Source: Eledone cirrhosa (taxonomy: Eukaryota). Taken from it: a DNA stretch of 64,000 nt. The stretch covers positions 39,122,001-39,186,000 of the forward strand of contig OZ024746.1 in NCBI GenBank assembly GCA_964016885.1, read 5' to 3'. The notes under the pieces were generated by a model. That model saw only the letters and a list, made by a program, of their open reading frames with translations. It did not search any database and was not told where the DNA came from. Made by a program: the position numbers and the translations under genes. Shown in pieces: positions 13,458 through 26,309 of this stretch. Positions within the stretch are counted from its first letter, which is position 1; the number at the start of each line of letters is the position of its first letter.

Positions 13458-13609
13458 TTCATTATTTAACGATCGTTTCTAGGACATATATGTGTTAGAA
13501 TTGGCATGCATATTCAACAGATCTATGTACAAAATTATACAAAATTATACAAACTATCAAATATAATATACATACCAACACATCATATGCCGTCTTCAGA
13601 AATAATGAA
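13458..13609 (-). ncRNA. Type I hammerhead ribozyme in the upstream pLTR
   Basis: Second copy of the 7921-8073 fold, on the same strand as the ORF. Confidence 0.75.
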
Positions 13610-14049
13610 ATATATTTATTGATAATAACAACAATTCAAAATTACAGGTCTGTTTGGGAACAGAGTTCAAATTGACCAATGAAATACACAAAATTATATC
13701 AAGAAAAAACAGTTAGGTGTGTGTATATATGTAAGTAACCTCGTTCACAGATATGCATAAAAATATATGTTCACATGCATACGCATGTCGAAAAAATGTA
13801 TGTAAATACAAAAATTCAGGGCTAATGTCTCTGTATGTGTATGTTTATGTGTATATGCGCGTGTGTGTATGAATGTATGTATATGTGTGTATATATGAGT
13901 GTATATATGTTTATATACGTATGTGTATTTTGTCTGTAGATTATAAACATACAGAGACATTAGCCCTGAATTTTTGTATTTACATACATTTTTTCGACAT
14001 GCGTATGCATGTGAACATATATTTTTATGCATATCTGTGAACGAGGTTA

Positions 14050-14124
<75 letters not shown>

Positions 14125-14259
14125 TATTTTTTGGACATTCATTTGGATATTCACACAGAACTTTGAATTACCCTCAATAACATGTTTCACTGTCCAGCGA
14201 ATTTTCAACCGTCAAGGTTGTTTTCCATGGCTATGTCACTATTTATAAAACAAATTTTG

Positions 14260-14324
14260 TATTTTATCTGATGAAAGCGCACCAAGACAGCCTTGGTTGC
14301 CCTTGAAATATATATAATAAAATA
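14260..14324 (+). ncRNA. Type I hammerhead ribozyme
   Basis: TATTTTAT-CTGATGA-AAGCGCACCAAG acagc CTTGGTTGCCCTT-GAAA-T ATAT A-TA-ATAAAATA: 8-bp stem I, AUA cleavage triplet. Confidence 0.85.
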
Positions 14325-14457
14325 ATTATGGTTTTATAAATATAGTTTCCATTTATTAATATATTGAATAATTACTCCAGTAAACTGTTGAGTGCTCTAT
14401 ATCAGTTATAAACATTTAAGTTTGTTGGAATCCCAACAAATTAAATATAACTTCTGC

Positions 14458-14489
<32 letters not shown>

Positions 14490-14624
14490 GTTTAACAAGG
14501 TTCAATGAATTAATCAATGAATAGAGTTTTACAATAGATTAGAAGCACTCTACAAAGGGGTTTTCAGGAGTTATTAATATTACTTCAAAATATTAATAAA
14601 TATAGACATTCATGTGATCAAATA

Positions 14625-14690
14625 TATTTTATTATACATATTTCACAGGTACTGAGCTATTTCAACAGTACTTCCTCATCAGATAAAATA
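14625..14690 (-). ncRNA. Type I hammerhead ribozyme in a small repeat (~14480-14695) homologous to 59293-59495
   Basis: Reverse complement reads TATTTTAT-CTGATGA-ggaaGTACTG...CAGTACctgt-GAAA-TATGTA-TA-ATAAAATA. Confidence 0.75.
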
Positions 14691-14707
14691 ATTGATATAT
14701 ATATATA

Positions 14708-15005
<298 letters not shown>

Positions 15006-15343
15006 TAAATATAATGTATGAATATATGAATAGATTATAGATATTTTTCTATTAATTTCCCGTCGATCTGCACAAAGAATTTAATCTCTTCTGAAATGGT
15101 TTACAAGGAACATTAAAATAGTTCGTCTTAATGTTAAACCTTCTTCGACGTCTTTCACTGGCAACCATTGGAAGCAGTCTCCTCCAGTTTTCTCAAAGAA
15201 AACAGGAAATTAATAAAAAAAAATATCATAGCATTACATATTGTATTTGACTGAGTTAAGCGAAGACTAAATAGATTTTTACAGACACCTGTTTTTACCT
15301 GCGTATGTGCGTGTATTCTATGCTTAGTATATATACAGGCTAG

Positions 15344-15411
<68 letters not shown>

Positions 15412-15440
15412 TATCATCTCTCTCTCTATATATATATATA

Positions 15441-15519
<79 letters not shown>

Positions 15520-16140
15520 AGTGTCAGAGGGTGATAGCTTGATATATATATTAATTATGAATCTATACACTTAAACGTGCAGTCCAAATGTCTATATATG
15601 ACCTTCCCCCACCTTGTCTACCTCTATCGCTCTCCCGCACACTACCACGCACACATACACACACGGACGGACACACCTATGGATCCACATATATTTACTT
15701 TGTCTAATTTGCATTTCTGTATAAATTATTCTAAAGAAATGTGTGTAAATACACTCGGACCATGTGTGACTGGCTATTTTTATATTTCTATACTTACGCT
15801 CCTATCCACCTAACATGGTGTGGCTATCGACTACGATACCTGAGAAATATCCCATTATAGATTTTATCGATCTATATTCGCAATAATGATCTATACTCGG
15901 AATTGTGATTATTCACTGACGAGGAGACACAAATCTCAGAAACGCTGACATGAGAATAATCTCTTTTGTTTCACTGGAGGAATACGTGAGAGTGTTTACA
16001 CTTCATTGTTCATTCTTTTCATATCTAAGGCTTTTAACTAAAACATGGTAGTTACATCTACCAAAATACTTCCCTAAATATTCAAATGTATACTGTGTTC
16101 TAGCATAAATATCATCTCACACACGCATGCACATATATAC

Positions 16141-16171
<31 letters not shown>

Positions 16172-16183
16172 TGTATGTATGTA

Positions 16184-16762
16184 TGTATCCCAGTACAACC
16201 TGTCTCATGGTCGGGTCGTTGGCGACTAAACTGGCAACCCCACCAAGGTTTCTTGGTGAGGAGGGTGACTTTGGACATCCTGCAGGACTAAAAACAAAAC
16301 CTGTCAAAAGGGCAAAGGAGCTCTTAAGAGTCAATGGCCATCCAAAATCACCGAGAGAGATGACCCCTTAGCCTTTGTCAAGGCAGAATTCTAGGAGAAG
16401 GAAAACTCTGATATAACACCTGCAACTCTGATGGTATCCAATGATGTTGACTTGTTCTTATTTTTGGTAAATATCATCTTGGTTAAGAGAGTGGGACTGG
16501 CTTTGTGCAGTGCCTTTGCTCACTATAAAAGCTTCACGGCACAGGCATTGCTTTATATCTGGAGATCTCTCTGCACTTGTCGTCACATGGTAGCATGGGC
16601 CCAGCACTATGTGTCAATAATTGTCACAAGTGTAGTGTTATTCCAGAGTTTTCAAGTCACTGGCTGGACTAAAAAGTCACACTCGTTCAGCCCATCGGTA
16701 GGAGTTCTCCTACATGGATATAAAGTAGTGGCCGTACTCGAAAACGAGTTGGCAGCCACCAT
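16184..16762 (+). mobile_element. Non-autonomous RTE-derived element in (TATG)n
   Basis: GGAGAAGGAAAACTCTGA 5'-UTR-like motif, zinc-finger remnant, terminal ACTCG-AAAA-CGAGT hairpin; four near-identical copies in the window. Confidence 0.8.
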
Positions 16763-16798
16763 GTATGCATGTGTGTATGCACATACGCACAGACAAAC

Positions 16799-16910
<112 letters not shown>

Positions 16911-16942
16911 TTATACATATATATATATTTATATATAAATGA

Positions 16943-17501
16943 TATTTTAGTAAGTAAGTTAATTTTATAATTTTCTTATTTTACGTCTCTCATATTATTG
17001 TTCTGCAACCCCATGCATTGAACCACAAAGTTACTAAGACAAAACCTATATATTTGCTAGCATTGATATGCATCTGTATGTATATATATGTTACTAGATA
17101 TTAATTCTTTATAATTATCTCCAAATTATTTGTCGAGCAATATTGGCCATGACTGCTGCTATGGTAGCAGGCAGGCCGCTGTCTTATTAGCAAACCACTT
17201 TCCACTGATTGACCTCGATGTCACGTGATTGATTCTTTTTGAATTTGCCACCGACGCAGAGGCAATGATTTTCTCAATGGCTAGGAATTCAGTCCACGCT
17301 TTGCTATTTTCTATCCACTGAATTATTTTTTAATAAGTTTCCATGGATACTTAGATGAGAATAGTATTCCCTGACGACGGAATGATTGTTTATGTTTTCT
17401 TCGGAAAATATATTTATTCCATTCCAGAAACTAATCAGTTGGAAGTGCTATTTTAGTAAGTAAGTTAATTTTATAATTTTCTTATTTTACGTCTCTCATA
17501 T
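16943..17501 (+). mobile_element. Non-coding retrozyme/pLTR-like element: 506-bp unit plus ~52-bp terminal direct repeat
   Basis: 16943-16995 equals 17449-17501. Contains a hammerhead at 17360-17452. Flanked by TA-rich tracts. Homologue at 48721-49040. Confidence 0.8.
17360..17452 (+). ncRNA. Type I hammerhead ribozyme
   Basis: AATAGTATTCC-CTGACGA-cGGAATG...CATTCCa-GAAACT aatc AGTT-GGAAGTGCTATT. Confidence 0.8.
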
Positions 17502-17520
17502 ATTTATATATATATATATA

Positions 17521-19601
17521 TTGCCGTGGGCAACCTGGTGGGAGATGCGCAGACATGTGCTATCCCGTCCAGGTCCATCCACGATAACCTCCACCTCATG
17601 CGATACATCATAGAGAGGGTTGGGAACGAACCCGGCTTTGGTGTGGCCCTGATCAACTTGGATCAATCTAAGACATTCGATAGGGTCGACCATGGTTACC
17701 TGGATGCGGTGCTAGCGGCGGCAGGCTTCGGACCCGTTTTCAGGGGCTGTATCAATGCCATGCACAGCAGCCGCATCTGCTCTAGGGTCAAGGTGAACGG
17801 CTACCTCTCGGAGCCGTTCGAAATCGCGCGGTCCATCCGACAGGGGTGCCCTCTCTCCTCCCTTCTGTATGTAGTGACTCTAGAGCCACTGCTGCGGAAG
17901 TTGGAGTTGTTGCAGGGCATTCCGTTGGAACCGGGATTGCGGAAAGCGGTGTCAGCCTACGCCGATGACGTAACAGTAATGGTGTCGACGGCCTCGGAAA
18001 TCGGGGCGATCGGCACCTTACTGGAGGAGTATGAAAGGTTTACAGGGGGCTAAGCTGAACCGGGACAAGTCGATCGGTCTGCAACTCGGCACGTGGAGGG
18101 GCAGATCGATGCCCTCCGATGGCGTCGTCGGGCGCTGGACGGAGGGCCCGGTGAAATTGCTCGGGGTCTGGTTCGGACCAGACCTCCAGGTGGAGAAGAA
18201 CTGGGGTGAGGTGACGAGCAGGGTGTTTGCACTGACCCAGAAGTGGGCCGAGTGCAAACTGTCCCTGAAAGGTCGGGCGGAGGTGGCGAACACTTATATA
18301 GCGTCCGTCATCTACTACCGCCTGACCGTGGTGCCTTGCCCAAGGGAAACGCTCGCCAAAATGGAGCGCGCACTCTTCCAATTCCTTTGGAAGAAGCGGG
18401 CTCCTATGGTGAGGAGATCCATCTGCTGTCAACACCCTTCGAAAGGAGGGCTGGGGATGCCGTGGCTGATGATACGTAAACACGCATTAAGGCTACGGCA
18501 CCTTCAGGTATTCCTCTCCGGTCAACCGGTGTGGGCCCCGTTTGTGAGGCGAGCCTTTCCCAGACTCGTCTCACTCACCGAGCTGCAATCCTGGGTCAAG
18601 CAAAGACCGAGAAAACTGGGCGCCTGGCACACCGAGTGTGCTCAGGCGCTCACGGCTCTCTGGCAGGCGGACCCGGCTGTCAGTGGAGAATCCACCTCGT
18701 CATTCTATAGAGGGCTGGTGGTTAGCAGGTGCGACGACGCCCTCGGAGAAGCCCTAGGCATGGAGGAAGACGAACTGGCCAACCTGTTCGGTAGGACATT
18801 CAGCCCGGGACCCATGGATAACTTCCAGAGGTCCCTGGCCTGGCAATGCTACAGAAGGGCTCTGCCCGTTCGAGAAAGGCTCTACAGACACGGGCGCCCG
18901 GGTAGGGACCCATCGAAAAAGGTCTGTCCCAGATGCGTGTGCGACGAGGAAACCGTTGCACACGCATTGGTACACTGCTCGGGCATTGCCGATCTGTGGG
19001 GCTATGTCGAACAACTGCTGTCAAGGGTGGGACCGATCCGGTTGACCACCGAGTCTATTGTAACGATCAAGCCGCCTCCCCTCTTCAAAAACGAAGGAGA
19101 GGCGGTGTTTCTGTGCGTAATAGCCATGGCGAAAGAGGTTGTATGGTGGACGCGTCTGAAAGGACTGAGGTCAGACACCTTTCTCTCTGGCCAACAACTG
19201 GTCCGTTTCTTCCGATATCATTTCGGAAGAAGGATCAGGATGGAGAGAGAGGTGCTGCACCCCAGCCGTTTCTATGAAAGATGGGTGAAAGTGGCGAGAA
19301 TGGCCCGTGTGAATGGGCTTTCATTCTACATCAGACTATAGGTGAGGAAGATGAAAGACCAAGGGAGCACCCCTTCTCTGTGCTCCTGAGGAGAAGGGTT
19401 GCACACTTTTTTCGGGGGTGTGTGCGACCCCCCAAGGCGCCTCCTCTCTATTGAGGACTTTGTTATAAATTTTATTTTTTGTTATATTTTATTTTATTTT
19501 TATATATTGTCATTGCCTCCTCCTTATTGAGGACGCCTTGTTTTGTAAACTCCCCCCATTGTACTTGTCCCACTTTTGATGCCCTGGTGGCAAATAAAAG
19601 A

Positions 19602-19604
<3 letters not shown>
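17521..19604 (+). mobile_element. 5'-truncated Tx1/L1-clade LINE (RT plus C-terminal zinc finger), with one frameshift
   Basis: LDQSKTFDRVDH, RQGCPLS, YADD, GGLG and CPRC...ETVAHALVHC motifs. Frame change in the G5 run at 18045-18049. GC-rich body. 3' UTR ends AATAAAAGAAAC into (TA)n. Confidence 0.92.
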
Positions 19605-19697
<93 letters not shown>

Positions 19698-20894
19698 TAT
19701 ATATATGAGTCTTGATGTTTGCTTGAAGTATTGTGGAATAGTAAAAATTGTCATTTTTGGAAGTCTCTACAATGCAGATGGATAAATCTCCGGATAACAA
19801 ACTCAGGTGGCGGTAAGAAGAAAGGGGATAATGGGTAAAGAGGAAAAGAAACGCAGAAAGAAATGTAAAATGAAATGAAAACAAGAGATGAAGTTACCTT
19901 GGAATAGATTTATTGAATGTAACATACACAGCAAAGTGGTTAAAACCACATCATTCATTTAACATCAATTCCATTATTTACTTACCTCGTAACCCAAGAC
20001 ACAACAACACTTTTATTTGTTTCTTTAATGTTTAACAAAAGGGCAAGGCTCGAAACATTAGCTTCTTTACTCCTCATTGCAACTGAACTTATAAACTCTT
20101 CTAAGAACTATTCTCTTTAGTGACTAATTGTTGCCGACGAAAATTTTCATCAGTTTCCACGGATTCCGGGTTTTACTCCATAGCATATGATAGTGGCGGA
20201 TTGGCATTTTAAGTGATATCTTCAATAAGAAAAAAATACATCAAGCATAATTGTTAATCTAACATGTCAACGAAAGTATTTTGTAGCCTTTGTCTAAGAT
20301 AATTTGGGGGTATTAACCCCCTAGAGAGTAGAATAAAGTACTACAGAAGGGTGACGCTTGCAGTTGAATTGTTTGAGCGTTCAACGAAATGCTTTGTGGT
20401 ATTTATTTCGGCTTTTTATGTTCTGAGTACCCAGGCAAGTGTAGCGAATATGTCTGTATTTAGCCAAAAAGATGGCGTCTTGTAATAAATACACGAAGGA
20501 AGGCAACAAGAAACAACATATTGTCTGGCAAGTCCATGAGAAACAGATAGCCTGTGTCTGGGAATTCAGTAAGGATCCTTCGTTGACATTTGGGATAAGG
20601 ACGAGTGATATGGGTCTAGCAATCGAAGAACAATAAGTTTGACCAAGTCTGTACACATTTAATAAATTAAGAACGACTAAACAGAAACATGTCTGAAATG
20701 ATTAAAATGATATTAGTCATTGTGATAATGCTGCCTTTTCCTCACTGCACAATTATATCTAATTGGATGTTTTATGCTCAAAGCATTAAGTATATTAACT
20801 CTAATTTCACTATTACTGGGGCATATCTGAGGAATTATCTCAGTGATTTAAACTTTGAACTATGCAAATATTCATGCCTAATCAAACACGGTAT

Positions 20895-21110
20895 TGTTCC
20901 TTTACTTAGAGATATGCTGCTAAGAGTCTGGGCCGAGCTTGATTATCGCATTGATATTTTCCGAGCAACAAAACGGCCACATATGGAGTGTCTATAATAT
21001 CAACTAATACCACATAAAACTTTGTTAGTTTATCAACTGTAGCTACTATCACCAATATCGTATTAACTGTAGCCAATGTCGTAAGTATTTGAAACCAAGG
21101 AGTGTTTTTC
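20895..21110 (+). pseudogene. Tc1/mariner-superfamily transposase C-terminal remnant
   Basis: DMLLRVWAELDYRIDIFRATKRPHME resembles the C-terminal helix of Tc1/mariner-superfamily transposases. Confidence 0.55.
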
Positions 21111-22288
21111 TGGTCACGCTGTACTTCGGCAGGTATGGTGACCTTTATGCTCCACTGACGAGGCCTACTAAGACCCAAACATATCAGGAATAATCTCCTG
21201 TACTTGTCGATGTTATTAAAACAATATTACTGATTGAGCTAATGTTTTACTTCTTCATTGCAGAATTTATGATTAGATTTTCGATTCTCTCTACATTAAA
21301 CATATTAACACTTGTCTAACTATAATTAAATAGGATACCAAATCAACACCACCAAATGATATTCTCTGGATATTGACTGATATACAAATATCTAATGAGA
21401 TATCTCTATTGTTATGCCAGTAGAGTTTCTGTATAGATTGTAACCTCCTGAATTAATTTAGAAGAATACCTAGAAATACTTTCTTATATAGAAATAATTC
21501 ACTAATATGGATAATAGTATTTTATACAATTTTCACCGAAATCTTTAGAAACCAGATCATTTATTTTAGTTATTGATTGCTGTATAAACAATTCAGTATC
21601 CTGCGTCAGCATGGTATGTATTTGTCCAGACGGCAATACATGAGCAAATTCGTTTATGTATTTATATTGGATCTCATCGTCCCGACAACGAGTGCTCAGC
21701 TGTATGATCAACGGAACAGACCGCTCATGAAACTAGCGGACAAATGGTTGAGCTTGCAAAAGATACGTGTACTTTTAACGTAGTTCTCAGAAAGATTCAG
21801 CAAGAAACCTTGGACGGCAAGGCTGGGTCTTTACATTACATGTAAAATTCAGCTATATTCCCAACTGAGTGGACTGGAGGAACATGAAGTAATGTCCAAA
21901 ATTGATAAAGGTCATCTGATTCGAAGATGTCAATGTTTTAGGCCTCCGATGGAAGCAGTCCCTAATACTGATTTCTTTATTATTTTTTTTTTTTTTTTTT
22001 TTTTTTATTTTATTTTTTTTTTTTTATTATTATTTTATTTTTTTTTTTTTATTTATTTATAATAATTGTTTCTACTTTAGGCACAAGGCCAGCAATTACC
22101 CAGTGCATTACTGGTACTTTATTTTATCGACCCCGCCGTTAGTATTAAAGAAATCATTATTTATTTATAATAATTATTTCTTTAATAGTAACGGCGGATT
22201 TATTGAGTAGATGCGTAAAGAAAAGTCTCACTCAAGATTAATCATTCTTGCGACTGCTGGACTTGAAAACAGTCGGGAATGTGGGCGG

Positions 22289-22334
22289 GGTCGTCCTGAT
22301 GAGGACCAGTTAAGTCCGAAATGCATCGACGATT
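22289..22334 (+). ncRNA. Minimal type I hammerhead ribozyme with a canonical core
   Basis: GGTCGTC-CTGATGA-GGAC cagttaa GTCC-GAAA-TGCA-TC-GACGATT: palindromic stem III (ATGCAT), AUC triplet. Confidence 0.9.
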
Positions 22335-22460
22335 GTCCCCCTTGCTTCTGTTGGATACCACCAGAGGGCATTAGCCCTCAAGTCTTCTGCATAGCTACGG
22401 CTTTCTAAATGTTTACCTGTAAACATACCATGTTTCTTTAGAAACACGAAATTTCTATAC

Positions 22461-22552
<92 letters not shown>

Positions 22553-22560
22553 ATATATAT

Positions 22561-22677
<117 letters not shown>

Positions 22678-22740
22678 CATGTATATATATATACATATAT
22701 ACATGTATATATATACACACACACATATATATTACATAGC

Positions 22741-22772
<32 letters not shown>

Positions 22773-23089
22773 TAATTGATGGATGTATGTATATATTTTT
22801 ACTTGTTTAGCTATATGTGTTTGCAGTCATCCTGAAGTATCACTTTCAGGAGTTTTATGAATAATATCTACTCCCCAGTACTTATTTCGGTGTTATTTAT
22901 TTCCTTTTTATCATTTACGTAAGCCTGGTGTAAAGGGACACAACTCGGCGTAAAGTATTTGCCCGGTATAGATACACGCATATATACATATACTCACACT
23001 AACGTACACATAGCCTCGAGTACACGCACAGAAACCTTCACCAACACACACACATACACATAACACATACATACTTGTGTGGGTTGGTA

Positions 23090-24120
23090 TCTATTAGTGT
23101 GTTTGTATGTTTGTGTGTTGAAGTACTTGCATGTCTATGGATGTGCGTGTCTGTCAGTAGGTGTATATGTGCGTGACTGTTGATGTGTATGCGTATGTCT
23201 ATTGGGGTGTGTGTGTGTATGTGTGTGTGTCAGTCTAAAAGTGTATGTGTCGTTGTTAATGTGTAAATGTCTGTATGTCTGTCTGTATGTGTGAATCGGA
23301 GGCGTTTTTGATGTGTATGTGTGTGTGTGTGTAGGTGTGTGTAGGTGTGTGGTTGCTGATGTGTATGTGTGTGTCTGTCTGTAAGTATGAATGCGTGTCG
23401 TTTTTGAGGTGTATGTGAGTGTGTCTGTTGGTGAATATATGTGTATGTCTGTTGGTATGTGTGCATGCGTGGGTGCGCATGTGAGTGCGCGTTTGATGGT
23501 GCGTGTGTGTATTTGTGTGTGTGCGTCTGTTGGGGTGTGTGTGTGTGTGTGTGTGTGCATGCGTGCATGTCTGTTGGTGTGTGTGTGTGTGTGTGTGTGT
23601 TGGTGCATGTGTATGTGTGTGTCTGTTGATGCGTGTAGGTGTGTGTTTGTGTTTGTGTCTGTGTGTGTGTGTGTATGTTTGTGTGTGTGTGTCTGTTGGT
23701 GCATGTGTGTGTGTGTGTGTGTGTCTGTTGATGCGTGTATGTGTGTGTTTGTGTGTGTGTGCGTGTCTGTTTGTGCGTGTATGTGTGTGTTGGTGTGTTT
23801 GTATTGTGTGAGAGAGGGTGCGTGTGTAGATTTGTAAAAGAAAGAGAATGTAAAAGATTGAATGAAAATGTAAGGGAAACGTTGAAAAAAGTTGAAAGAG
23901 CGTCAATAGATGTACTTGTCGTTGGGTAGCTGTGTGGCTGTGTGTGTTTGTGGCTGTGTATGCGTGTGTTTGTGTATGCGTGTGTCTGTGCGATTGTATG
24001 AGAGAGAGAGGGTGCGTGTGTGAGTGTGTGCGTGAGTCTGTGTTTGTAAGAGAGGGAGAGAAAGGATGTGTGTATTTGAGTGTGTGTCTGCTTATGTGTG
24101 TGCGTATGCGTATCTGTCTG
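23090..24120. repeat. Degenerate (TG)n-rich low-complexity tract
   Basis: Direct reading; similar tracts at 3183-3455, 8730-9660 and 30830-31270. Confidence 0.9.
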
Positions 24121-24124
24121 TCAG

Positions 24125-24182
<58 letters not shown>

Positions 24183-24185
24183 TAT

Positions 24186-24430
24186 CCTGTAGGTTGAGGA
24201 AAAGGAGGAGGAGAGGAAAGGAGTACAAGCTCTTCGTACTCCTGGAGATGAGGGTTGCACATTTTTTTTCGGGGGTATGTGTTACCCATATAAACTGTCT
24301 CCCTCTATTGGGGAAAATCGACTAACTTTTAAATTCCATCTGTGATAACATTTTACACGTTTTTATTGTATGTAAACTTCCCCCTTTGTATTTGTCCCCT
24401 TCTTTTGTGCCCCTGTGGCTAATAAAGAAA
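24186..24430 (+). mobile_element. Tx1-family 3' UTR fragment (shorter copy at ~28993-29107)
   Basis: Similar to 19340-19604, ending TTGTCCC...GCCCCTGTGGCTAATAAAGAAA. Confidence 0.7.
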
Positions 24431-24554
24431 TATATCTATCTATCTATCTATTTGTGTAAAGAATCTTTTGGTATAGATGTTTTAGTCTAAATATATTCTG
24501 TAGGTACATACACACATATATATATATATAATATATATGTATACCTATGGAATA

Positions 24555-24622
<68 letters not shown>

Positions 24623-24864
24623 GATATCCTCGGTAAGTTGTGGGGTCTAGTCTGCATGAAGAACTCAATGTAATTCATTTATTGCTTTTGGTAACAGCTG
24701 GTGATATGCATGTAAGTAAATATTCTCTTTATCTGATATTTTGTAACTAACCTTACATAGATCGATATCGAAGTATAGTTACGATGTAATATCATCACCT
24801 AGAAACGATCGTAAAGCAGTGAAGTATATTTCTAATGACTTGATTTTTTATTTCATTGTTTTAA

Positions 24865-24936
<72 letters not shown>

Positions 24937-25505
24937 ACTATTCATTATCAATGGAAAGAAGTGTACGATTCCACACAATTATTGATACAAGATACTTTAC
25001 CACGAATGGTACAATCATACATACACACACACATGCACAGACACACACACATACACACACACACATGCACAGACACACATACATACACACACACACATGC
25101 ACAGACACACACACATACACACACATGCACAGACACACATACATACACACACACATGCGCAGACACACACACATACACACACACACATGCATGCACTTGT
25201 ACTCATGTATAAAAATATATATTTCACGTTAATATGTATATACACATAAATTCACATATACGCGCCACACACTCATATACATTCATTGAGATATACACAC
25301 ATGTACACACTCACAATTATACATTGATACAAATAAGTACGCACACACACACACATACACACACTCACAAACACATGCACTCTAATGCAAACATGCACTC
25401 GTGCACACACGCGCGCGCACGTTCACCCACTTTCATAGTACGCAAGATGTGATTGAATGAATGCGCATGTGTATAGTTTCCTTTGCTGTTGTTATTAGAT
25501 TTGTG

Positions 25506-25559
<54 letters not shown>

Positions 25560-25731
25560 GAGAGACAGAGATATATGTATATATATATATATGTGTGTAT
25601 ATATATATTGTTATACTTTGGGAGGGTCATGCTGCCAATAAAAACACACGCACCTGTTGGTTTTCACTCCAATTTATTATAAGTTTCTGGTTGGTCGGTT
25701 GGTTCGATAACCGGAAGGTTATTTATATATT

Positions 25732-25774
25732 GTCAAAGATCTTTCGTCACACATTCTGTGACCTCCTCAGTGAC
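25732..25774 (-). ncRNA. Minimal type I hammerhead ribozyme
   Basis: Reverse complement reads GTCA-CTGAGGA-g-GTCACA gaatg TGTGAC-GAAA-GATC-TT-TGAC. Confidence 0.72.
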
Positions 25775-25886
25775 TAGGTTTTTATATTGTGTGTCTTTCC
25801 TTTGGTCTGTCCTACACCATCTTGTTTTTACACTTTGTTTTGTTTTTCTTTCGGTCGTGGGTTGACTTACTCTTGTGTCATCTTGT

Positions 25887-26309
<423 letters not shown>

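Larger units (their letters stand above)
7721..14052 (-). mobile_element. Near full-length Penelope-like retroelement (Naiad-type) with direct pLTRs and an inverted 5' segment, flanked by (TA)n
   Basis: 7721-8300 is nearly identical to 13258-13836. 13833-14052 is the reverse complement of ~8196-8415. The RT+GIY-YIG ORF lies between the repeats. (TA)n tracts abut both ends. Confidence 0.92.

Noticed and set aside
15907-15961. Hammerhead-like fold (also 7420-7461, 21146-21195, 44745-44785)
   Set aside because: Core substitutions (GAC for GUC, UUGAUAA, CAAA, GAUA); counted only as decayed relics.
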